From Proteromonas lacertae (lineage: Eukaryota), in the NCBI GenBank assembly GCA_002245135.1, contig NGBS01001199.1, positions 48,577 to 68,576 of the forward strand: a DNA stretch of 20,000 nucleotides, read 5' to 3'. The notes under the pieces were generated by a model, which worked only from the letters and a program-made list of their open reading frames with translations, did no database searches and was not told the DNA's origin. Position 1 is the stretch's first letter; each line of letters starts with the position of its first letter. The translations under genes and the position numbers were made by a program. Positions 1 through 8,746 of this stretch are shown here, one piece after another.

Positions 1-857
1 GGGGAAGTACTTGCTGGTGTTGCTAGTCCAGAGGTTGTTGGATTGCCAGACAAGGAACTTACTATCGGTGAATTGAAGTAAGTGTATGAGGGTGTAGAAC
101 TGGATGATTGATTCTCTTGCTTTACCTTAAAGCTATCGGTAGTTACTTGAATATCATCTTTGGGAATAGATGTTGGGGTTGGTAATGAAGTAGGAACTGA
201 TGTAGCTGACACTGATGAATCAGATACAGAAGCTAGTTTAAGATCGTCAAGGATCTTATGAATGTAAGTGTCCTGACTCTTAACTTCATCGTTGAGGAGG
301 TTGCTAGAGTGCTTTATAGTTTCCAAGATCTTGTCCACGATCTCTGATGATAGACGTACTTCCTCGGGAGTGAGCTTATCAGCTTTTGCTTTAGTCTCTT
401 GAAGTAGTTGATAGTAGGAACGAAGATGTTTTCGTAAGTCAGCGTATATGGCTACATAGTCAATGATCTTGTCCTTGCTGCGGATGGACTTCAAGGTCTT
501 GGTTAAGTTCTTGATAGTGACATCTTTGGATGACTGTGCCGAGGAAGTTGTCTTGCCTCTGAGGAGCTTCTTCTTAAGTGTAGTGCTAGCAACAGTAGGA
601 GATGCCTTCGATGATTTAGATATTACTGGTGCCTTGAGTGCTAAGTGCTTATTAAGCTTACGCTTCTTGGAGTCATTGGAATTGGTGGATGACTTCATAG
701 CCTTACTACGCTTAGCAATTGAACGTGAATTCTTTACCTTTACGGGAGTGATGATAAGTACCTTGGACTTCTTATGAGTAGAAGTAGCCATAGGCTCACA
801 CTGTTGTAATTCAAGGCTAGAAGAAGTACGGGTAGATAATGCTTGTTGAGTATTCAT
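1..857 (-). CDS. Partial (>=285 aa) Lys/Ser/Thr-rich hypothetical protein, runs off window edge
   Basis: Hand translation from ATG at 857 (MNTQQALSTRTSSSLELQQCEPMATSTHKKSKVLII...KKRKLNKHLALK...) stays open to position 1. It is absent from the ORF track because no stop lies in the window. The 463..777 + ORF is its antisense shadow. Confidence 0.8.
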   Translation of the reverse strand, partial: MNTQQALSTRTSSSLELQQCEPMATSTHKKSKVLIITPVKVKNSRSIAKRSKAMKSSTNSNDSKKRKLNKHLALKAPVISKSSKASPTVASTTLKKKLLRGKTTSSAQSSKDVTIKNLTKTLKSIRSKDKIIDYVAIYADLRKHLRSYYQLLQETKAKADKLTPEEVRLSSEIVDKILETIKHSSNLLNDEVKSQDTYIHKILDDLKLASVSDSSVSATSVPTSLPTPTSIPKDDIQVTTDSFKVKQENQSSSSTPSYTYFNSPIVSSLSGNPTTSGLATPASTS

Positions 858-1388
858 AAGGCAAAGTCTCTCTAGGAGGATCAGAAAAAGTTAAATACAG
901 AGATGCCTGTTAAGATAAGTTCATCCCAAGAACAACGCCTGGTAAAAGTTAATCAAAGAGTATTTATCGATAGAAGAAGTTACTTAAGGTATAGAGTTCA
1001 TAGCAACCCAAAGAGCTATCAGCATCATCATTAGAAGGATGGTAATCAAGATACTTCGGATCAATCTACAACAACTACTATGCTCAATAGCTGGGTGATC
1101 TTCAAAAAACATCTGGACATTTAAGATAAGGAGGATTCAAAGGACGCTTACCAGCACTTCGTCATGACAGAAGAACTCACGGAAGCTATAAGTCCAGGAA
1201 CGACAACTTCTTTCAGCTATAAGCACTAAGCGATCAAAGTCAAAATCCATTGCTCGGTAAGATCCAAGGAAATGAACGATTAAGTAAATTGGTAACTCCC
1301 GCCGGAAGAAGTTCTGAAGTGTTAACAATTCCGAAGTGAGTTATGAATCGACATTCCCGGCATTGATCAATTTCCTTGCCTTTCAATC

Positions 1389-2261
1389 ATGGTCATCTCA
1401 ACTACTACTAGATCGATTGCTCCTTACCGTCCTCCTTTACTTATCGGTGAATCTACTCCCGAGAATGATCAACCTCAAATAGCCTCCATCAAAGCAATGC
1501 CTTATGAACACACTCACATGGAGTATAGCAACAGCCCGCAATTCGTCAATGGATTACCAGGACTCACCAGTCAAAAGAATCGATCTTCCTATAAAACAGC
1601 CTTCAATCAACTCTTAGGCATTGCTCATCCTTACTACTACAACCAGGGGATCTCCATCGCTATCCTCAAGACAATCATTGTACTTAACTTTGATGATACC
1701 TTATTCCCAACCTCCTATATGATGAAGAACTACTGAGAAGACTTCGATCAGAGATGTTCCCTTAACAACCTCGGGGTTGAAGATCATAGCATCATGCAGC
1801 AACTGGACTATACCATCGGTCAGCTCCTTATGCATTGTATGAGCCTATCTTCAAATCTACCGATAGTGATCCTTACCAATGCTACTCGAGATCATGTCTT
1901 TAACATCACTGAGAGATTTTACCCAGCCTATGTATATCAACTACTGCTCGATGAATATAACTTCTTCGTCCTCTCGGCAAAGGAACGATATGGACAATTG
2001 AGTTACAATAACAAGATGTGGAAGGTGGAAGCACTTCAATGGATCATGAACTACTACTTCGATGGTCCGATAACAAACTCCTGGGAAGATGACTTTGCCG
2101 TCAATGTTCTATCAGTTCCAATCCTTAAGAAGGCGATTCAACTAGAAGTTGGCCAGGCTGCTGATGGTAAGAAGCTCATTGGTACCATAGAGAAGTTGAA
2201 CCTCAACCTTACTTCCTTCTGTAGAGATCTCCGATCCTTCCACGTCCACTTAAAGAAGTAA
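1389..2261 (+). pseudogene. HAD-superfamily-like protein (DxDDTLFPT type), interrupted by one in-frame TGA at 1734-1736
   Basis: ORFs 1389..1736 and 1794..2261 are in the same frame and the gap reads EDFDQRCSLNNLGVEDHSI. Motifs IIVLNFDDTLFPTS, IVILTNA, VLSAKERY and WKVEAL match the pattern I recall for this HAD family of protists and large DNA viruses. Confidence 0.75.
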
Positions 2262-2272
2262 TTACTTAGACT

Positions 2273-2361
2273 TTGTTTATTGTTTGTTGTCTTGGGGATT
2301 GCTTAAATAACACTAAGCGTCCCCGTAAATGATCTCCTCAAGACAACAAGGCAATGAACAA
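2273..2361 (+). terminator. ~26-bp hairpin just downstream of the HAD-like gene, between convergent genes
   Basis: 2273-2298 pairs with 2335-2361 with 3 G-U pairs and one bulge on the + strand. It starts 12 nt after the stop codon. Confidence 0.55.
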
Positions 2362-2440
2362 TTGTAAAGACACTTCAAAGGAACCTCTAAGAACAACACC
2401 GAGATAGAATAGAACAAGAGATTATCAGGTTTAAGTAATG

Positions 2441-3007
2441 CTAGTTAGTCCTCACCTGAGGATTCAACATCCGTAGCTTCAGTAAGGTCAAGATCACTGA
2501 GAAGATATTCAGTAAGTACTTAACCTTCAAGGTTGGCTGGAGGAAGTCCATGTACTGCTTCATCTTCTTACTAGCAGTAAGCTGCTCGATGTCTTAGCCA
2601 AGGAGATACTTCAAGGTTCTTAATGCACCAGAGTAGAGGATAAGTGGCATGTAATGGCCCAGTGGGATGTATCCATAGTCTTCTTCCTTGCTATTGTTGT
2701 ATCTGATAAGCTTACAGCCTTTCTTCATCCTGGTCATGATATGTCTTGGACCTTTAAGTAAAGTCGTAGGAAGCAGATTGAGCTTCATAAGGTGACAATG
2801 GAACTTGGCAGAAAGGTTCTTAAAGTATACACAGTCATCATCAGGAGTAGGATCGGTATACCTGCTCATCACTCCGAGATTCCTTATCTGTTGCTTCATG
2901 GAGATGAGGTACATCTTGATGAACTCATCGGAAAGATCCTGGTTGTCATCCTTCTGGTTAAGGATCACGTACTTAGCGTCTTCATTCAAGGTGATCTCCT
3001 CCGACAT
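2441..3007 (-). pseudogene. Hypothetical protein, probably with a premature TAA at 2594-2596
   Basis: ATG at 3007 (MSEEITL...). After the TAA the same frame stays open for 50 more codons (DIEQLTASKKMKQYMDFLQPTLKVK...) to TAG at 2441-2443. Confidence 0.5.
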
Positions 3008-3043
3008 GTTTATAATCAAGGTAAGTTATCACAGACACTAGCT

Positions 3044-3319
3044 TTATCGGGTATTGTCAGCTATGAAGTCTCTTACCATGTCTATGATCTCAGCATTGAA
3101 AGGATCATCATCATCGTCTTCATCCTTGGAGTTAGTGATTGTAAGTGAAGATTTATGAGGTTTAGGAGGGAAAGGAGGAGGAACATCATCATCAACAGCA
3201 ACAGCCATCTCAGCCTTCAACTTCTTATACTCCGACTTAAGCTTAATTCTGAACACCTTAGTGTCTTTCTCATCGCTAGAAGATTCCTCTAAGGCATTGA
3301 TAGGTCTGGTTCTCTTCAT
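3044..3319 (-). CDS. Small hypothetical protein with acidic and Pro-rich tracts
   Basis: ORF track 3044..3328, first ATG at 3319. Contains PPPFPPKP and DEDDDDD tracts. Preceded by the TTTTCTGATC motif. Confidence 0.6.
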   Translation of the reverse strand: MKRTRPINALEESSSDEKDTKVFRIKLKSEYKKLKAEMAVAVDDDVPPPFPPKPHKSSLTITNSKDEDDDDDPFNAEIIDMVRDFIADNTR

Positions 3320-3354
3320 GATATTCACAGATCAGAAAAGACTCAATGGAGATT

Positions 3355-3554
3355 TTAACAATTGTAAAGTCCCTGTTCCACGATTCTATTAAAAGCCCTT
3401 ACAAGGTCACTAGCGTAGCAAGGAGACTCTAGATCGTGATTAGATTCATTGTCTTTAGATGGCCAACACTTGTAGATAGCTTCCAAGAGTCCCTGTAGGA
3501 GATAATCCTGTAAAAGATCATCCCGTAGGAAATCGTCCCGTAGGGAAGAAGACC
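3355..3554 (+). repeat. Diverged direct copy of the right sub-terminal region of element B
   Basis: Shared blocks TTAACAATTGTAAA, GTTCCACGATT, ATTAAAAGCCCTTACAAGGTCAC.AGCGTAGCAAGGAGA and CCAACACTT.TAGATAGCTTCCA.GAGT.CCTGTAGGAGAT match 12380-12541. CCYGTA motifs follow. Confidence 0.9.
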
Positions 3555-3769
3555 TACAATTGATTAATTAATCGATGTTATTACTTCATGGCATATTTGA
3601 TGAAAATCATCCGCCATTTAATGCTGAGAAGGATAAATCCTATGAAATTTTGTGTACTTGCTACACATTATATGATCTGCTTAAATTAACAATAATATTT
3701 AATAAACTGAAAAAATTACATGTCTTAATAAAGATTTAAATAAGATTTTCTGATAAAAAAATCGATTGA

Positions 3770-5482
3770 TCACCAAAACAACCATGTGAAGTCACTGTCA
3801 AGAATATTGTTGTTACAGAGTCTGAAGAAGAGAAAATTAGAGCGCTGGTAAATCAATCTTGTAGTATTGGAGAAATTGCCTTAAAAATGGCAAGAACCAA
3901 GAGTAGTATTTGGAAGTACTTACAAATTATGGGGTTGAAGACAACCAAAGCCAAATCAAGTATTTCACCACCTAAGGTTAGAAGAGGGAGAAAGCCAATT
4001 ATTTTAAACTGTATCATTAGTGGGCAAGCTGTTAGAGATTATATCTTGAGAAGTCAAGATAATGGCATTACAATTCAATCTGCCAAAGCACTCAGAAATG
4101 TGCTACTGAAGAACAGCTTAATCCCCTTATCAGTATCATTAAGTACAATTCGTCGTTACTGTAAATTATGGAAGATCTATTTTGGAAATAGTGGAGTTTG
4201 TCCAAGCTTGACCGAAAAGAACGTTGAAGAAAGATTAATGACAATATCTCAAAACATATTCTTGGATAATAAGACGATTATGTTCTCAGATGAGTCGATG
4301 ATTAGACTTGAAATGTTAAAAGTGTTGGATTAATTATCACTGAAAATGTTATTAAGTATGGGAATATATTCAAAGATAACGTAACTAAGGGAATAAATTC
4401 AGTTAGATATTGTCGATTTTTAAAGAAAACTTTACCGCCTCTAATTAAACAGCATCCATTAGTAAATCATCAGAGACAATGTTATTTCTTACAAGACAAT
4501 GTCAGCATACATAAAAGTAGTTATACCACAGAATATCTTCTGTGCCATTTGTCATAGTTGGCCATTTGTCTACCAGACACTTTTAAAACAAACTAAATGT
4601 ATATTCTTACTTGTCTTGATGAAAAATTGTTACTTTTATACTTACTTTGTTATATGACCTACCTCTGCAGTAAACTTTTTTGTTAATATAAATAGTTTAA
4701 ATATTTGCGCCATTTGTTTTCTAGAAATTTTTGAATCAAACTAAATGCATATTTAGCTAATATAGACTAAAATCCATTAGCTGAAATGATTAGAATATAA
4801 TAATTATTAAATCTTTCTATATAAAAAAGAAATGTAAAAAATAGGCTTGAGTGAGGCTTGATTCTATATTTTCTATTTTCATTTTAAATGTCTTATGATC
4901 AACATTAAGTTGTTCTAATCATTTCAGCTAATGGATTTTAGTCTATATTAGCTAAATATGCATTTAGTTTGATTCAAAAATTTCTAGAAAACAAATGGCG
5001 CAAATATTTAAACTATTTATATTAACAAAAAAGTTTACTGCAGAGGTAGGTCATATAACAAAGTAAGTATAAAAGTAACAATTTTTCATCAAGACAAGTA
5101 AGAATATACATTTAGTTTGTTTTAAAAGTGTCTGGTAGACAAATGGCCAACTATGACAAATGGCGCACAACATCTTCAAAGGAACGGTTGAAAACCTATC
5201 AGACATCCACCGTTTTCTCCAGACTTAAATCCTATTGAAAAGGTCTGGGCAACTCTAAAACACAAGATTAGTGAAGATGAAAACAATTTCAAAGACTTAG
5301 ATAGCCTAGAAGAAGCTGCAAAAAGAATTTGGAATGAAATAATGTCAAGCCAAGCCACCAGACATAAATATGCTTTTAGATATCGTGAAGTATGTATGGC
5401 ATGTCTTTACAAACAGGGTGACTTCGTTCTAGACAATGACATTAAACGAATTAGAAAGATAACAAACATCCCAGAAGAGTAA
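3770..5482 (+). pseudogene. IS630/Tc1/mariner DD34E transposase pseudogene, split by a MITE
   Basis: HTH-like N-terminus (SIGEIALKMARTKSSIWKYL; VSLSTIRRY) and catalytic motifs IMFSDES, FLQDNVSIH and HPPFSPDLNPIEKVW. Removing 4541-5177 rejoins the frame with 34 residues between D and E. Frameshifts and a TGA are present. Confidence 0.92.
4541..5169. mobile_element. 629-bp foldback MITE with ~255-bp TIRs and 8-9-bp TSD
   Basis: 4541-4795 is the reverse complement of 4913-5169 except for a 2-bp indel near the tip. The spacer is 117 bp. Flanks are ATATCTTC (4533-4540) and ACATCTTC (5170-5177). Confidence 0.93.
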
Positions 5483-5631
5483 TTAGCCTAAAAGAAGGTT
5501 TTATATAATTTTTGTAGGGGATTTTCATTTGATTTTATGTTGGCCAAAATTAATACATATAATATAGTAGCCATTTAAAATATTAAATCAAAAGAATTTC
5601 AACTAGTTAGCGTTTAAAATAATTCGAAGAA

Positions 5632-5842
5632 TATATAGTATATAAATGGGACTCTGGCATATTGTACCATAGTCCCATTTACGTAAGGTTCCTACGGGAT
5701 TCCTCCTAACAGGGTCTACTTCTCAACAGAGTCTACTTCCCTACGGGAACTCCTCTAAGCTATTTCTATATCTATCTATGAGACGATCTCCTACGGGTAC
5801 TCCTGGAAGCTATCTAGAAGTGTTGGTTACCACGAGGTGATG
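5632..5842 (+). repeat. Left terminal inverted repeat (211 bp)
   Basis: Its reverse complement aligns to 12485-12888 apart from two extra segments in the right copy and a few substitutions. Confidence 0.95.
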
Positions 5843-6007
5843 GTAATGAAGAAGCAGTGATCTCTTTCGGAGTATGGGTAAGAACGTCTCAGAGGAAGCT
5901 TCCTTACCAAGGACGATGTTGCGGAGCAATATCGGACTTGGATAGGAAGGTTCCGTCGTAGACGTTCTTGTCCATGCCCGGAAGAAGAACTGCTTTCTTC
6001 ATTACCA
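5841..6007 (+). ncRNA. Putative 167-nt rod-like structured RNA/ssDNA element
   Basis: Nested pairings TGGTAATGAAGAAGCAGT/ACTGCTTTCTTCATTACCA, GTATGGGTAAGAACGTCT/AGACGTTCTTGTCCATGC, CCAAG/CTTGG and CGATGTTGC-GGA-GCAATATCG, with several G-U pairs on +. Confidence 0.5.
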
Positions 6008-6271
6008 GGATCATTGAGAAGGTACTTTCATTTGATCATCATCCAGGGTTGTTGAATCTCTTGGAGTTGTTGCTGCCCAACAAAGCAAGGTAAACTATTT
6101 GCACCATGGTTGGGCAGCTCCGAAGGTGGTCACTGACTATAGTTATCCTCTTGCTTAGACTTCCTCTATCTATCTATTACTTTCTCATAATAACAGTCTA
6201 GGTATCGGCTTCTCCTGTAATGTTTTTGATCAATCCCAAGACAGAACCTTATCAGGTAAAGCTTACTATCA

Positions 6272-8746
6272 TTAGCTGAATAAGGAAGTACAAATGAATG
6301 TTGTAGTAGCTGTAAATGAAACAGAACCATTGTGATTGTTGGTGTAGTTGAAGTTATCATAGCCATTATAAACGAAGTAGTGCCAGTATGCTGTTGAGTC
6401 TGTACGTTTTATCTTATAAGTCCAGTAAGTGTTTCTCTTATCGAAATGGAAGACCTTTCGGAACTCAACGAATTCTTTCTTATCAGGGTCGGTGAATGCA
6501 ATGCCGGCATAGGCATTAACATCCACTGATCTTCCGCTAGTCGTTGTCATGGTAAGCTCAATTCTATTTGGATAAGCAGTTAAAGTTCCCTTCATAGGCC
6601 CACCATAGCCATACTGTAAAACATCCATATCAATATTGATCGCCCTAGCGATTACCAGATCTTGACTCTCAAGGACATACTTCCACATTGAAGTCAAGGT
6701 CTCATTTATCTGATTAGCTACCGTGGTAATCTCCGATGATCCATCTCCTTGAGATGCCAGGCTTTCTACTGATGTCTTCAACTCCGTTAACTTCTTCTGG
6801 ACGTCCTGAACATTGCTATCGACTGAGTTGATCTTACTTAATTGAGCTGCACTGGTAAAGTTGTTTACTTGAGTCACAGCCAGGTTGTTTAGGTTGTTGA
6901 CTTTGCCTTGGACTTCAATGACTCTTGTCTGGCAGTCTCCTATCTTTGAATGTACTTCATTGACCTTGGTTAATTGAGCTGGTGAACAGAAGCTATTGAC
7001 ATTCCCGGTATTGAATCCATCGATCTTGGTTCTGATAGCAGCTGCATTGTTGATAGCTGTATCGATCAGTCCTTTACGAGTATTGTTAAAGAAGCCATCC
7101 AAGTTCCTTCGTAGGTTGTCTTCTTCAGTCCTTCTAGCCACGCCGCAGGTTGCATTCACATCATTGATACTTAGAGAATCCACCTTGATCTTGATTGCAT
7201 CGGTGTTGGCCTTAGTTGTATCAATGAAGTTACCACGACCTTCAGTACAGAACTGGTTAATACTCTCCTTGTTGAGGTCATGGACACGTTCATAACACTT
7301 ATCTATCTTCTCCGATCGATCCGAAGTACAGAAGTGCTTCACAGCAGTGTTGGTCTCATCGATAGCAGCACTTCTCGGGATAGTACAAAACTCCTTGATC
7401 GCGTTGTCAGCATCGTCGATCTCCTTAGTTCTCTTATCGGTAATGAATCCTTTGATCAGTTCCTCAATGCTCTTGACAATGGTAAGTCTCTCCAAGGAGC
7501 AGTAGTTGTTAATGTCTTCGATGGCTATGCCGGTGATCAGCTCATGGACTTTATCAATCTTCTCCTTCTGTGAGCTACTACAATACTGGTTGATATCATC
7601 GATATCTATCTTACTTACAATATCCTTGGTCTTGTCAATAGCGGTAGCTCTCTCCTCAGTGCAGAAGGTATTCGTCTTGTCAGCTTCTCCATTCAACCCG
7701 GCGATCTCTTCCTCCATAGCATTCATCTGGTTCTTAAAGTCCTTGTTGTAACCATTGGCAATCTCAATCTCTTGTAAGACCTCCTTGAACTTAATCATGT
7801 TGTTGTTAATCACAGTATTGATTGCCTTGTACTCCTCGTAGTTGTTCTTCATCTTGATCAACTCCTCAGAATCTACTTTGATCTGCTTCTCTAAGTCAGT
7901 GAGCTTCGTAAGGCTCTTATCATCCACCGTAGTGATGTACTTGATCATATCATAGACGTTAACATCCCCGATGTTGAGACTCTCACATAATGACTTCAAC
8001 AAGGTACTGAGACGATCCAATTTCTCATCCTCTGATCCCTTCAATTGATCGATTGAAGTATTGGTGGATTCAAGGGCATTGCTTACATCCTCCATGCTCT
8101 TATACAACTCTGGTAATTGCTTCTCCGTGTACTGCTTAAGTTCATTGCTGCAAGTAGCAATATTGCTCAAGGTTGTAATAGTCGTATCTCCGAAGTCTTT
8201 AGGGATCTTGTTGTTAAGTAAAGTACCTAGGTTCTTAACTTCCTGGAGCTTCTGATCGATACCTTCAATCTTATCAGTCTCATCTAGCACTTCCTTTAAG
8301 GTCGATTGAATAGCTTTATGATCTGGTTGTAAGGTACCTTGAAGGTACTCATGGAGTTGTTGATGATCAGTCTCTAGCTTAGCCAACTTCGTAGATGACT
8401 CCTCCGAGTGATCATCCAACTTTCTCTTGATAGCTGTTGTGGATGAGGTTACTTCTTCTTGTTGCTTCTGATTGATACTGACGGGTGTTCCTCGGAGGAC
8501 TTCTTGGATAGTGCTTACCAATGGAGGATTGATCTTATCATAGTCTATCACGGCCTTGAGTTCACCAGAACCCAAGGCCTTTTGAATCACTTCCTGGGAG
8601 TCTTGAAACAACATGTCCTTATCATACTTAGCAACAACCTTCCCATCTATCTTTTGCTTCACATCGTAAGTAGTCTTGTCGATAGTATTAAGTAACCTTA
8701 ACATCTCCTCATCGTTCTCCCGTAAGTTGTTCCCGGTGTTGAACAT
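6272..8746 (-). CDS. 824-aa coiled-coil repeat protein with beta-rich C-terminal domain; putative virion fibre/receptor-binding protein
   Basis: Intact long ORF with a helical coiled-coil body, about 11 repeats of (F/Y)C(T/S)xx(R/Q)xxxID, and an aromatic, Thr/Asn-rich last ~110 aa. The function is inferred from architecture only. Confidence 0.85.
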   Translation of the reverse strand: MFNTGNNLRENDEEMLRLLNTIDKTTYDVKQKIDGKVVAKYDKDMLFQDSQEVIQKALGSGELKAVIDYDKINPPLVSTIQEVLRGTPVSINQKQQEEVTSSTTAIKRKLDDHSEESSTKLAKLETDHQQLHEYLQGTLQPDHKAIQSTLKEVLDETDKIEGIDQKLQEVKNLGTLLNNKIPKDFGDTTITTLSNIATCSNELKQYTEKQLPELYKSMEDVSNALESTNTSIDQLKGSEDEKLDRLSTLLKSLCESLNIGDVNVYDMIKYITTVDDKSLTKLTDLEKQIKVDSEELIKMKNNYEEYKAINTVINNNMIKFKEVLQEIEIANGYNKDFKNQMNAMEEEIAGLNGEADKTNTFCTEERATAIDKTKDIVSKIDIDDINQYCSSSQKEKIDKVHELITGIAIEDINNYCSLERLTIVKSIEELIKGFITDKRTKEIDDADNAIKEFCTIPRSAAIDETNTAVKHFCTSDRSEKIDKCYERVHDLNKESINQFCTEGRGNFIDTTKANTDAIKIKVDSLSINDVNATCGVARRTEEDNLRRNLDGFFNNTRKGLIDTAINNAAAIRTKIDGFNTGNVNSFCSPAQLTKVNEVHSKIGDCQTRVIEVQGKVNNLNNLAVTQVNNFTSAAQLSKINSVDSNVQDVQKKLTELKTSVESLASQGDGSSEITTVANQINETLTSMWKYVLESQDLVIARAINIDMDVLQYGYGGPMKGTLTAYPNRIELTMTTTSGRSVDVNAYAGIAFTDPDKKEFVEFRKVFHFDKRNTYWTYKIKRTDSTAYWHYFVYNGYDNFNYTNNHNGSVSFTATTTFICTSLFS

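Larger units (their letters stand above)
1..3554. mobile_element. Element A: truncated, decaying relative of the TIR element at 5632-12888 (left end outside window)
   Basis: Higher GC than the host, like element B. Its last ~200 bp (3355-3554) are a diverged direct copy of element B's right-end region (12380-~12625). Its genes carry in-frame stops. It ends abruptly at AT-rich DNA. Confidence 0.7.

Noticed and set aside
2281..2288. TGTTTGTT, the Blastocystis-type polyadenylation motif
   Set aside because: A single occurrence inside a T/G-rich hairpin arm, and not seen after the host gene. Insufficient to infer host or function.
1734..5200. Alternative genetic code suggested by in-frame TGA (1734, ~5189) and TAA (2594)
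   Set aside because: Both stop types are involved, each is one transition from a sense codon, and the long intact ORFs need no read-through. Mutational decay is more likely.
3555..5625. TIRs and TA TSD of the Tc1 element
   Set aside because: No convincing inverted match between the upstream flank and 5483-5625 or 12895-13240. Only a 9-bp match and a local GATTAATTAATC palindrome were seen.
5880..6055. Short + frame (GSFLTKDDVAEQYRTWI...) as a helicase winged-helix remnant
   Set aside because: No start codon and only weak resemblance. The region is better explained by its rod-like fold.
6996..8695. + strand ORFs inside the 824-aa gene (likewise 463..777, 2792..3148 and 10503..10789 opposite other genes)
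   Set aside because: Antisense to better-supported minus-strand genes, with no recognisable motifs.
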